This document shows, piece after piece, positions 1-12,851 of a stretch of 64,000 nt of DNA. This DNA comes from Eledone cirrhosa (lineage: Eukaryota), in contig OZ024758.1 in NCBI GenBank assembly GCA_964016885.1, positions 372,001 through 436,000 of the forward strand. The letters are read 5' to 3'. Every line of letters starts with the position of its first letter. The stretch's first letter is position 1. Under the pieces are notes generated by a model, which had not been told where the DNA came from, searched no databases, and saw only the letters and a program-made list of their open reading frames with translations. The translations under genes and the position numbers were made by a program.

Positions 1-51
1 AAATATCTAAGGTAAACATTGAGAAATTTGATATAAATAGTTACTGCCTAA

Positions 52-126
<75 letters not shown>

Positions 127-160
127 GTGTGTGTAGGGGGACTGGCGTATATATATGTGC

Positions 161-197
<37 letters not shown>

Positions 198-786
198 TGT
201 ATGTGTACGTGCGTATCTCTGTCTATATATAAGTATGTGTGTGTATGTATGTATATATATATATGTGTGTGCGTGTATGTATATATATATATGTATGTGT
301 GTGTGTATGTATATATATATGTCTGTGTGTGAAAACGATAGTACGTATATTACTGAGGTCGACTGAGTATAGTTTACAAACTGTTATTGCAAAGAATATA
401 CAAATAAACAACACAAATGAGATGGAGGTGGGTGGGTATGTGAGGTGGTGGAGATGTTTTTGTGGTAGAGAAAAAAAATGAAAAAGAAAACGAAAGAATT
501 TTGTTTAACAAAAGCTTAGTGCTGTGACGTAAGGCAGCAAGTACAATTTCTCTTAGAACGGAAGTCTGTGATGAATGTTTCAACCTGGGCATGCCACTAG
601 TGCATGTTTGAGGTGATGATGGTCGTATCCTTTTTCCTTACTGGCTGTTAACAGGTGACAAGTTCCTTATCTGATGTGCCATCATCACTCCTTACTTGAC
701 ATTCCTCTTTCTAAAGCTGAACGAAGGAGACGATCTTGGATACATTGCTATTTCGTACAGCCTCTATTCACTGAATTCATCTACAA

Positions 787-1112
787 CAGAGGTTCTCATA
801 TTGAGCGCTATCGCTCCCCGTGGGGCAGGGGGGGGGGTGAGAAGGGCCAGGGGTGGTAGAGATGATGTAATAATATATTAAATATCAAATGATACGTATT
901 ATATTATATAGAAATAGAGTAAAATAAAAAAAATATATTATTTATTTATACATAGTATATATTATATAAATTATTATATATAAATTAACGATTTTATTTC
1001 TTATTTACATTTTGCGTGTAGGTTGGTCTCTCGGGAAATATGGGTGGGGGCGCTGAGATTATTACGTGGCCGTGAGGGGGGTGGGGTGGCACGACAAATT
1101 TGAGAACCTCTG
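787..1112. mobile_element. Non-autonomous hAT (Charlie-type) MITE
   Basis: Perfect 12-bp TIR CAGAGGTTCTCA (787-798) / TGAGAACCTCTG (1101-1112). 8-bp TSD ATCTACAA / ATTTACAA (7/8, central TA). No ORF. Confidence 0.85.
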
Positions 1113-1130
1113 ATTTACAACATTCCTAAA

Positions 1131-1843
1131 CCAACATTGACTTTACTGTCATTCTCACACACACCAACATTGACTTTACTGTCATTCTCACACACACACC
1201 AGCGTTGACTTTACTGTTATTCTCACACACACCAACATTGACTTTACTGTCATTCTCACACACACACCAGCGTTGACTTTACTGTCATTCTCACACACAC
1301 CAACATTGACTTTACTGTCATTCTCACACACACACCACCGTTGACTTTACTGTTATTCTCACACACACCAACACTGACTTTACTGTCATTCTCACACACA
1401 CACACCAGCGTTGACTTTACTGTCATTCTCACACACACCAACATTGACTTTACTGTCATTCTCTCACACACCACCGTTGACTTTACTGTCATTCTCTCAC
1501 ACACCACCGTTGACTTTACTGTCATTCTCACACACACCAACATTGACTTTACTGTCATTCTCTCACACACCACCGTTGACTTTACTGTTATTCACACACA
1601 CCACCGTTGACTTTACTGTCATTCTCACTGACACCAACATTGACTTTGCTGTCATTCTCTCACACACACCACCGTTGACTTTACTGTCATTCTCTCACAC
1701 ACACCACTGTTGACTTTACTGTCATTCTCACTGACACCAACATTGACTTTGCTGTCATTCTCTCACACACACCACCGTTGACTTTACTGTCATTCTCACA
1801 CACACACCACCGTTGACTTTACTGTCATTCTCACTGACACCAA
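1131..1843. repeat. Minisatellite, about 21 units of about 31-37 bp
   Basis: Unit (G/A)TTGACTTTACTGTCATTCTC(AC)nCA(A/C/G)C. Length varies through the internal (AC)n. Confidence 0.95.
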
Positions 1844-2611
1844 TTCTGTATTCGGAAATAGCAGTAGTAATAATAGTAACTAAAATAGCGACATCTTCAA
1901 CATTTGTCTGGCAATGTTCCTACCTCTAGAAGGTGCCACAAGGAAGGACTCTACACGACAAAAAAAAACAAAAAACTAATAAACAAACGAAACAAACAAA
2001 CAAAATAACGAAACAAAGATATGAGAAGAGAAGAAAAATCCCCCCCCCCCCCAAAAAAAAACAAAAAAAAACAAACTATAACAACTACAAAGAAAGAAAC
2101 CAGTTGATATCTAAAACAAAACCAAAAAATATGTTGCAACCTTGAGACAAACTAACATTTGCAGTGTAAAAATATTGGAACAACTCCAAACATAACAGTA
2201 CACACCATTACATTTGTTTACTACCACACACATATACACACACAAACATACACACACTCACACATGCAATGACACACACATAGACACACCTGCTGACACA
2301 CACACACGAACACATACAATGACACACACACCTAGACATGCCCGCACACACAAAATACAATCAAACACGTATGTACACACACACACACACATGTGCGTAC
2401 ACGCTCACATGCAATGACACACACAGACGTGTTAAAACAGCCCACACATAGACACGCACGTACACGTACACATACACACATATATCTTTAGAGAGATAGA
2501 TCTCAAAATTTCACTTATTTTAAGTTAGGAGTTGGCAAAGATGGTTTATCGTATTTCACATATCTCAGCATTCCGAGGAGTTGATATAGTAGCAGGGTTT
2601 AACATGTTTTC

Positions 2612-2821
2612 AACAATTGCAAAAGGTCAGAAATTTGAAGGGAAAGGGGAAACTCGATTAAATCGACTCCAGCGCGTTGCTGGTCCTTTATTTTATTGAC
2701 CCTGGAAGGATGAAATGCACAGCTAACCTTGGTGGGATTTGAACTCAGAACTTAAAACGCCGTAACTCTATACCGTAAAGTATGTTGTCCGATGCCCTAT
2801 CAATACTGCCAATCCGTCGCA
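2612..2821 (-). mobile_element. tRNA-derived SINE, Deu/Nin-domain type, decayed long form
   Basis: Reverse complement matches the window SINE consensus (GGATTGGCAGTATCGGTAGA ... TGAGTTCAAATCCCGCCGAGGTTRACTTTGCCTTTCATCC..GGGGTCGATAAAATAAAGTACCAG). Confidence 0.8.
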
Positions 2822-2845
2822 CTAACATGCTGAAATACACTAAAA

Positions 2846-3500
2846 CTGGCTGGCTGGTTAGCTGGTTGGCTGGTTGGCTGGCCGGTTGGCTGACTAGCTG
2901 ACTGATTGACTGGCTGGTTAGCTGGTTGGCTGGTTGGCTGGTTGGCTGACTAGCTGACTGATTGACTGGCTGGTTGGTTGGTTGGCTGGTTGGCTGGTTG
3001 GTTGGCTGGCTGGTTGGTTGGCTGGTTGGACGGCTGGCTGGTTGGCTGATTGGCTGGTTGGCTGACTAGCTGACTGATTGACTGGCTGGCTGGTTGGTTG
3101 GCTGGTTGGCTGGTTGGTTGGTTGGCTGGCTGGTTGGTTGGCTGGTTGGACGGCTGGCTGGTTGGCTGGTTGGTTGGTTGGCTGGCTGGTTGGTTGGCTG
3201 GTTGGACGGCTGGCTGGTTGGCTGATTGGCTGGTTGGTTGGTTGGCTGGTTGGATGGCCGGTTGGCTGGTTGGCTGGTTGGCTGGTTGGCTGACTGGTTG
3301 GCTGGTTGGCTGATTGGCTGATTGGCTGGTTGGATGGCCGGTTGGCTGACTAGCTGACTGGCTGGTTGGCTGGTTGGTTGGTTGGCTGGTTAGTTGGTTG
3401 GCTGGTTGGACGGCTGGCTGGTTGGCTGATTGGCTGGTTGGTTGGTTGGCTGGTTGGCTGGTTGGCTGACTGGCTGGCTGGTTGGCTGGTTGGCTTGTTG
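2846..3500. repeat. Compound (GCTG/GTTG) tetranucleotide-based repeat
   Basis: About 650 bp of GGCT/GGTT units. Source of the spurious GWLV/GWLA ORFs. Confidence 0.95.
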
Positions 3501-3842
3501 GTGCTTCTGCAGTTATCTAACGGGATGTATTAGTATGAGTGTTTCAGTACATTAAATTACAAGCATGTACTTGTGGCGTCGTTAAACCTATGAAGGTCTG
3601 GTCACGTGTCTTAGTCAGTTGAACAAGATCGGGTTTCAGGTACTTTTGCCACAGTACTTAATTTCAGAGAACCCAGCTTTCTCTATCCAACATTATTATA
3701 TATGTTTATGCATATATAGATGTAGGTGTATATATATGAATATATGATTGCCAACACACACAGACATACACACATGCACGCACGCAAACACACACACACA
3801 CATATATATATGGGTGGGCATATTTACATATATATATCTGTT

Positions 3843-3879
<37 letters not shown>

Positions 3880-4216
3880 GCAAATTTTAAACAACGAGAT
3901 CGAAATCACTGGATATCGATCTAAACCCTTATGTATATATATATGAGTGTGTGGTGTGTATATATATATATAAATAGGGAGACACAAAGCAGGCTTTATT
4001 TAGAAAAGATTAGTCTGTTAGTTGGGATTTAAAAAAACCCTGTGCATGGAGAAAAGGATGAGTAGTGACGTAGATGGATCACGAACACACATCTTTGTCA
4101 CCCTATTTATATACATATATATACCTTCTATGATTAAATAGCTTCTAATTGAATGGAAATAAGTATTGGTGTAATAGTAATACATTGGGCCGGCAAACCA
4201 AAGATGTGGTTTCGTG

Positions 4217-4251
<35 letters not shown>

Positions 4252-5248
4252 CTTTATCTCTTTATTTATCTATCTATCCATATAATTTAGATATCTAGTT
4301 GGCCATAAATTCTCTGCTGAAAGATGCACATATGTTTCGGTGCATTTCATTTTTTTTTTCTCACATGGTTCTTCAAACTTCTCATACATGTGCGGTTGCT
4401 TTGGGAGAGCTCAACACACATTTATTCATTGCGTTTTGTTTAAAAAAATTTTTTTTCGGTACGTAATAACTTTGAAGAAAAATAAAGTGCTGAACACGGA
4501 AGAATATTGAGGTAAGACTGGTTTCTGATTTTGGCACAAGGCCACCAATTTCTGAGAGACAACTTAGGCATTCAATAAATAGGGGTCGATAAAATAAGTA
4601 CTAGACTGAAACAAGTATTGTAGACAATATATGGTCGAGTAAAAACCCTCCTGGGTGTTGATCCAGCATGGCCACAGTCTAATATATTGGTGAAAGTAAA
4701 ATATTATATAACTTTATATAGATAGGTGAATAAATATATAAAAAATTCTTATATGTATTTATCATTACTTCACGCACACTTAACGACTTGTTATTATTTT
4801 ATCCATCTTCAGAGACTACGATAAGAAAGTACGAATGAGAATTTGGTTTGGATACGAACAAAGAACAATGTTACTTCTGTATCTACTTGTAGATGAGAAA
4901 TATGCTCCCCGTATGCCTCTAATACATACATATTTACATACAACTTTCTCCCCTCTCTCTAATATATATATATATATACGGGGTAACAAATTATTGTTAT
5001 AGGTAGTCCACTTAGGTGTAGTCCAGTTATGGTACTCCGGGTAGTGGATGATATCAACGCTTGGTAAGTTTGACTCAACAAGGCGTTTCCATAGTGATGC
5101 TGCGAGTACGCTGTAATTCCTATGTTGTAAACACTTGGAGTAATAATAAATTAGGAAAGAAGAGTGACACGGTTTGCTATACAAAAAAGGTTTTTAATCT
5201 TTGGATTTTAGTCTTCAAATTTATTATTATTACTATATATATATAATA

Positions 5249-5336
<88 letters not shown>

Positions 5337-5475
5337 AATATATTATATATATATAGTAATAATAATAAATTTGAATACTAAAATCCAAAGAGGGCTCGAT
5401 AAGGATAAATATATATAAAATATATAAGAACCGTAGAGCAAATATTTATTAAAATAACAGATTAAAGTTTAAGCA

Positions 5476-5972
5476 GATTCTTTGATAGGTTTCGGCCAGT
5501 ATTGGCCCAGGCCATGTCTAACTTAATAGCACCACCTGGCGAAGTCTTACAAATCAGTGTTTGGGCACCATGGCCCACTCGACCAGAGAGTTATTGTTTA
5601 CGGAGACATATCCGGGTGTAGGAGGCTTATCCGGGATTTCTTGAAGGAATTTATCGAAAGACTTCTTGAACTTGATGGGGTCTGTCTCTGCTTTGATGTG
5701 TTTTGGTGTAATGTTAAAGCGAGCAGGCCCAATTGAGGTGAAATAACTGTGCCGTATTGTTATGAGATACGAGTGAGATTTTTGTCGTGGGCGGATAGCA
5801 CGGGGCCCAAGCCTTGGGTATACATTAAAGGTAATGCCAACATCATTTGGGTAATACTGATGGAATATTTTCCACATCATACACATAATGTAGCGCTCAC
5901 GGCGACGTTGGAGAGAATAAAGGTTGTGCTATTCTAATCGACTCCAATAGTCAAGGTCTGTCATGCCTTGGC
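5476..5972 (-). mobile_element. 3' fragment of a CR1-group LINE ORF2 plus 3' UTR (dead)
   Basis: Reads GMTDLDYWSRLE*HNLYSLQRRRERYIMCMMWKI...GPARFNITPKHIK...FKKSFDKFLQEIPDKP..PGY...NSL, the typical post-RT C-terminus of CR1-group LINEs. Has an in-frame stop and is 5'-truncated. Confidence 0.85.
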
Positions 5973-6198
5973 TACCTGTTCATATACATATATACATATA
6001 AGACCACATAGAATAAAGTATTTAGAATGTTAGACCGTATCTTGCATGTTTTATTAAATACCCCCCCCCCCCATATAAATTGTATACTGGTATCCATCTG
6101 TTTATGGTCGGGCCAATTTAGTTGTTTAATACACACACACACACAGATACACATAAGTTGTTCAATACACACACACACACATACACATAAGTTGTTCA

Positions 6199-6230
<32 letters not shown>

Positions 6231-6232
6231 TC

Positions 6233-6318
<86 letters not shown>

Positions 6319-6321
6319 ATT

Positions 6322-6400
<79 letters not shown>

Positions 6401-6550
6401 ATACGTATATATATATATTTATGTATATATATATATATATATAAGTATATATATATGTGTATATATGTGAATATATATATATATGTATATATGTATACAT
6501 ATATATGTATGTATATAAACATGTATATGTATATGTATATTTATATATAA

Positions 6551-6623
6551 GGTTCCATGGTGTAGTGGTTATCACATCTGCTTAACACGCAGAAGGTCGT
6601 GAGTTCGGAACTCGCCGAAACCT
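6551..6623 (+). tRNA. tRNA-Val: tRNA-Val(AAC), possibly a pseudogene
   Basis: 73 nt starting GGTTCCATGGTGTAGTGGTTATCAC. Anticodon stem TCTGC/GCAGA with AAC at 6584-6586. T arm GTGAG-TTCGGAA-CTCGC. TTTTT Pol III terminator at 6633-6637. Two acceptor-stem mismatches and a T at the discriminator. Confidence 0.85.
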
Positions 6624-6858
6624 ACGAGAGGCTTTTTATATTTTATATTTTATATATATATATATAAATATATATATATATATGAGAGAATATGGTCCGA
6701 AATCATTAGACGTGTCCGTCGAACCTGCGAGTCCAGAATCAGACAGATCCACACAATGATCACGTCTCGAGCTGTCCGCTGGCGAAACATTCGTAACACA
6801 CAATAAATTGAGTTCAGGTGCATCACTGATTTTCCGTTTTCTATTTTCTCTCTCTCTC

Positions 6859-6892
<34 letters not shown>

Positions 6893-6895
6893 CCC

Positions 6896-6941
<46 letters not shown>

Positions 6942-6942
6942 C

Positions 6943-6982
<40 letters not shown>

Positions 6983-7049
6983 TATATATATGTATATATG
7001 TATACATATATATATATGTGTATATATATATATGTATATCAATATATGT

Positions 7050-7095
<46 letters not shown>

Positions 7096-7207
7096 TAAAC
7101 AACATAAGATGATTATTTCATTTACCAGTTGTTTCTTGAAAGCAAATAAATCTGCTTTCAGTCGTCAGAATGAAAAAATCCTGGTGTTTTTATTGAATGT
7201 GGATTTG

Positions 7208-7239
<32 letters not shown>

Positions 7240-7559
7240 TATGTGTATGAGTGTGTGTGTATATATATGTGTATGTATAACAGAGAGACAGGAGGGGAGA
7301 AAGTTATAAAAGCAGACTGCTTCATTATGAGTTATACACAATCGGAAGTTTGCATTTTTTTTGAGATTTTTTTAATTATCTAGATTTCTCCTATAAATAA
7401 TTCGTTTTGTTTTCCCTCTGAAACAGAGATCTATAATATGAAATTTATGTAGCTACTTCAGTAGGCTCGTCACATGCTGTAGTTTAGAAAAGTACTGCAG
7501 ATTCACTGTTCAACCTACTAAATGGATTCATAGAAAACAAGTTGGTAGCTTTCTTTGAT

Positions 7560-7708
7560 TGAAATCCTCATCTTTTTAAAGATTCTTATTTAAACACTTA
7601 AAAATGTTATTAAATCTTCTGCTTTTTAATAATTTTCCCTTAAACACTTAGGAATTTATGAAATACTCAGCTTTTTAAAGGTTCTTATATAAACACTTAG
7701 GAAATTTA
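7560..7708. repeat. Diverged tandem repeat, 3 units of about 49 bp
   Basis: Recurring CTTTTTAA...TAAACACTTA(G/A)(G/A)AA. Confidence 0.7.
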
Positions 7709-7754
7709 AACCTTTGCACTAACAATTGTTGGTACATGCACCATTTAACGTCTA

Positions 7755-7933
7755 CAAATTTGGACTGAAAAGTTTGACTATGAAGGAATGATGCTAGAGC
7801 TGTGAAATTTAGCATGCATTAATTTCAACTCCTCTTATCAATAACTGCATTATAACTATGTTGTAAAATAAAACTAATTTGGTCATTCCTTGAGAGTATC
7901 TTGGTCAGCCTATGAACTTTTTAGCCCACTTCA
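7755..7933. mobile_element. Tc1/mariner-type MITE (decayed; inverse orientation to 20786-20985)
   Basis: Reverse-complement similarity to 20786-20985 (GAGAGTATCTTGGTCAGCCTATGAACT; GATGCTAGAGCTGTGAA). TA on both flanks. Confidence 0.75.
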
Positions 7934-8699
7934 TATATACATGTTATAAAGTTTACAAATGTAAATTTACAATCTACGAGACGAGGAGACGGAGGCAGTG
8001 ACAGTGTTCGGACCTGGTATATATGTTTCATGGACACACACTCATGTAGTCATGAATTGTCCCTGAATTCTCCTCTTTTTTTTTCATTTATTTATTGATT
8101 ACAGAATTGATCCCCTCCTCCTCTTCCTTCTTTGGTATCTTTGTGTTTCATATTTATAACTCAACTCTATATTTATATTTTTGGATGTTAAATACATTTA
8201 TGTAGAGAAGATATAAAATTCGAAGTAGTCGTCCATAAATGGTCTTCTCTGTTTACATTGGTTGGTGGGATAACTGACCTCTATAACATTACAATATTCT
8301 CTTCTTCTCTTCAATCACTTATGTGTTTATATTTGGCGGAAGTTTTCAGTGAAATGTACCACCAATATAACTTGTGTTTAAATGTGTGAATGTATTCAAC
8401 GTTAGAAATACTTTTAATTTCTACCCCTGGGCAGTTTGTTCTATCGTCGGCATTGTATATTGTTTTTGATAAATGTATGTATGTTCCTCTGGAGAGAGAG
8501 AGCCGGTTTCTAACATAGATACAAGACTCTCTCATTGGAATTTACACAACAACCACTAGGTAGATATGTATGCATGTAGGCATGTATGTATGTGTGTGCA
8601 GGTATGAATGTTATTGTATGCGTGGATGTGAATGTTTTGAGTTGTATGTGTGCATGTGCATATGATTTGTATCTGTACAAATGTATATGCAGTTATTAG

Positions 8700-9075
8700 A
8701 TGCAGAATTTTTGGAATGTTTTACATATTTTTACTGGATTGTACTTGTAATTTCCTAACTAGTCGTGTTCTTTCTGTTCCTGTGGAGCCCAACTTCTCAA
8801 GATTTGTATTGAGGCAGTTACTAACATATCCCAGTGCATCAATAATCACAGGCATAAAACTGAAGGTATAGTCAGAGTGGAGTATATGTAGATTTCTCAT
8901 TAGTTCTGCATAGATGTTCTTTTCAGTAATCTTTGATATTATATTGACATCTGCTGGGAAGCTAACTTCCACTACTGTGCATGCCTTCTTTTCCCTGTCC
9001 CATATCATTATATCTGGTCTGTTATGCCTGCATTTTATTGGGGTTATTACTGGAAAATTCCACCAGTACATAAGC
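8700..9075 (-). mobile_element. Fragment of an RLE-type non-LTR retrotransposon (R4/Dong-like endonuclease domain)
   Basis: ORF 8721-9071 reads YWWN..HNRPDIMIWDREKKACTVVEVSFPADVNI..K..EKNIYAEL...MPVIIDALG, a restriction-like PD-(D/E) endonuclease motif set. Clade assignment is from recalled motif similarity. Confidence 0.8.
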
Positions 9076-9717
9076 TATTCTTTCACTAATATCTATAATA
9101 TAATCATGACACAAGTTCTATTTTACCAACAGAAAGTGAAAACTTCCTTAAAATTCTCTCTAGGAAATATTATTCACAAGTTACTTTACTTGTCTAGTCG
9201 AGGCAGTGGGAAAAAACTCGGTGTGACAGTGTGGCACAACGAAACGTTTAACCTCAAAGCTATGACCATAATAGAGTTTCGTTTCGTTTAAAACCATATC
9301 ACTTCACTTCACATATGCAGGTAAAGTACTTCAGAATGGCTTGAACTCTACAACATCCAATTTCTTACCCTTATTAACTTGATCTTCTGAAATAAAAACC
9401 AATATGATCAAGATCTTGACGTAGTTTAATTTAGTGAGTTCAATGCCTAACGACTTTGAATTTGATTTTCGTTCATTTAGTGTCAATAAAGGAAGGGTTA
9501 GTAAAGAAAAGGGGATTAAATGGAACATTCCTCTCCTTATTCTCTCCATAAAAAGCCTCAAACGAAAAAAGATAAATTGTTTAAGCCACAGTAGCTGTTA
9601 ATACATAATCTTGACATTCATATATAAACACTATTAAAATTTTCATCGATGCTTTTCATTTTATCAATCTCTCTACAGTGAACCTAGCCTCGTAGGAATG
9701 CGAATGCGAATGTGTGT

Positions 9718-9798
<81 letters not shown>

Positions 9799-10541
9799 TG
9801 CGCGCGCACATGTATGTGAGTGTGTGTTTGCAAGCAGAAACACAAATACACACATATACATATATACAGATGTGGAGAGGATGAAATTCGTTTAAGTGTA
9901 ATTAATGAGATGTTTTAATTGCTTTAGTTTTATCACTGATATTGGAAGATAGGGATTGTGGAGATGGGGTATGGGGTGGGTTGGGGTGTGGGGTAAATTA
10001 TGAGCTGCAGAAGACAGAATTTCCAGAAACTGGAAAATTTTGAAAAGAAAGAAGAAAACGTGTGCTGCTTCAAAATGCAGGTCGTAAGTTTGAGTGAGAG
10101 ATATAGTGAGGTATTTGGAGAGAAATGAACCAGGTTATGCAGGAAGGTAATTAAGATATGCAGCATGATATCTGCTGCATAATTCTACAGAGCAGTTGCA
10201 GTTATCATACAAGAATACAAAAGACAAAAATTTAAAGAAATAAAAAAGTTAAAAAAATAAGGAAAAAAAATTAAAAGATCAAATTTCAAGGTTGAATTAA
10301 AAAGAAAACCCCACTCCCCCAAACAGGCAGATATCAAGAAGGAATGGTTTGAAAATGATGTGGAAATATTTGTCTGCATATGTTCGAAGATGCCATAATT
10401 TCACGTAATATGTAGCAGAGAGAGCATATGTCGGTATTTGAAATGTTAGCACGTATGAAGCTAGGCTAAAATTTTATTTATGGTCTCGGTTGTTGTTGCG
10501 AGGTTTTATTCTCTGAAAGTCGTACTTGGTTGTGCACATAC

Positions 10542-10666
10542 ACACATGCAATGACACATGCACACATGCAACGACACATGCACACATGCAACGACACATG
10601 CACACATGCAACGACACATACACACATGCAATGACACATGCACACATGCAACGACACATGCACACA
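10542..10666. repeat. 20-bp minisatellite, 6 units
   Basis: CACACATGCAA(C/T)GACACAT(G/A) in tandem. Confidence 0.9.
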
Positions 10667-10884
10667 CACACAAACACACACACACACACACACATACACA
10701 CACACACGCACGCACGCACACTAATATATATATGGCATGAGGGTGGATTGTCAGAATTGTTAGCCCTGTTACAACACCGGGCCTGTGTTCCGGTATATAA
10801 CATTCTGAGATTAAGATATATCAACTTCTCTCCCACCTCCGTTTCGGGTTCTATAAAAATGTAGTACCAGTCAAATACTGGGGG

Positions 10885-10971
<87 letters not shown>

Positions 10972-11523
10972 TCTGCGGTGCAGAGAGCGGGGCAACCACT
11001 AATCACCCTCATAGATGCTTGCTGAACACAGAAGCCGAAACTGCTTGAAGTCGCGGTCGGGATGTTACTTTTATATATATATATGTTACCTATATGTTAT
11101 ATATATATATGTTACCTATATATATATATATATCGAATATCTATCCCACCAAATATTCTGATCTTGTACCATGGTAAAAAAAAAGATTATTCAACCTATT
11201 ATAATATTTCACAGCAACAAGAACAAGAAAAACCTAATGCAACATCAATATAATACAATAAATACAAAACACCACACATTGATAATAACAGCAACATTGA
11301 AAAGTATATAGATCAAGACATACTTGAAGGGAATGGAAGAATAAAAATAGGAAAGGAAAAAAAATGAAAAAAAAAAAAACACTGTAAAGAATTAATGTAT
11401 TCAAAGAGATTTCCTGCAGATAATTTCTCGTAAGCTGCCAAAATTGTCCACTCTCAACATGTCGAATCTCAACGTGATGAACTCGGCTACGGGGAAATTG
11501 TGGATGTGTGTATTGTATGAGAA

Positions 11524-11582
<59 letters not shown>

Positions 11583-12110
11583 ATGTATGTATATGTGTGT
11601 ATGCATGTATGTGTGTGTATGTATGAGTGCGTACGTTTGTATGTATGTATGTGTGAATGTATGTTATATATGCATTTATATACACATGAGTAGGTATATG
11701 TAAGCATACATGTATATATATATATATATCTATATGTAAATACACACACGCACACATACACACACACACACGAACACACACACACACGCACACACATATA
11801 TATGTATATGTGTGTGTGTGTGTATAACATACATAAATATATACATACATACACACTCTCGAACATCCACACATATTTATATATATATATAAACGCATAC
11901 ACACTCACATCCATACATCCATTCACACACAAATATTCATATACATACATAAATATAAATGATGCGTGTATGTCTTGTGTCCTATATGAGCGCCTCTTAA
12001 TATCCTACAGGATGCTTCGTGCCTCTGATGGTGAGTGAGTGCATTTGCCCATCTATATATAACTGTGTGAAGTGCTGAACCACTCATGCCCTCACTCACC
12101 CACATTATCT

Positions 12111-12286
12111 GTGGATTGGCAGTATCGGTAGAGAGTCGGGCGCCATGCTTTGACGCATAGAGTTGCGGCCCTTTCCATTCTGAGTTCAAATCGCGCCGAG
12201 CTCAACTTTGCCTTTCAGGGGTCGATAAAATAAAGTACCAGTAATACACTGGGGTAATTGCTGGTCTTGTGCCAAAAGTAGAAACA
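12111..12286 (+). mobile_element. Deu/Nin-type SINE, short form
   Basis: A-box-like head TGGCAGTATCGG, B-box GAGTTCAAATC, core GTCGATAAAATAAAGTACCAG, tail GTAGAAAC. TSD ATTATCT, then (TCTA)n. Confidence 0.9.
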
Positions 12287-12319
<33 letters not shown>

Positions 12320-12683
12320 GTCAAGGAAACACCAAACGGACGAACAAGAGGATGTAATAACATAACGTGTATTAGTTTTACGCTTGGAGAAAGAGTTACA
12401 TAGTCAACTTATCGGGCATTTGCCTTTCATTAGGAATGACACAAAAGGAAAATACAGAAGAAAAAAGGTTAAAGAATGAAAACTGCAAAAAATAAAATTA
12501 AATAGAATACAAAAATAAGAAAATATTTAAAAATGTCTCATTGACCAGGATTTTCCTAGTTTAAGCTAGTAAGACCATTTCTGAGCAGAGTACTCACTAC
12601 TTGGGATAGTAGAGTGTCCGACGTCTGAGCTTTTGTCGTTTCAACAGCTAGTCTAACCAGTTTCAAACTGATTCCATTCTGAT

Positions 12684-12719
<36 letters not shown>

Positions 12720-12851
12720 TTAATTAGAAAGTGAACAACACAAAATATAACTACTCCATTACCAAAGATTTCTGGATCACAGGCAATAATAATATACGTC
12801 TGGATCGGTCGTCAGACAGAGATGTTAATATATATATATATATAATACATT

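Noticed and set aside
7136-7172. Minus-strand CTGACGA-CT-GAAA-GCAGAT..ATTTGC-TT hammerhead-like motif
   Set aside because: Stem II is absent and stem I cannot pair; likely a chance hairpin.
11005-11057. Hairpin followed by GAAA-CT..AG-TC
   Set aside because: No CUGANGA core (CTCATAGA) and no stem I; insufficient without more copies.
12760-12822. Minus-strand CTGACGA...GAAA with GATC/CAG stem
   Set aside because: Stem III, UH and stem I are not satisfiable.
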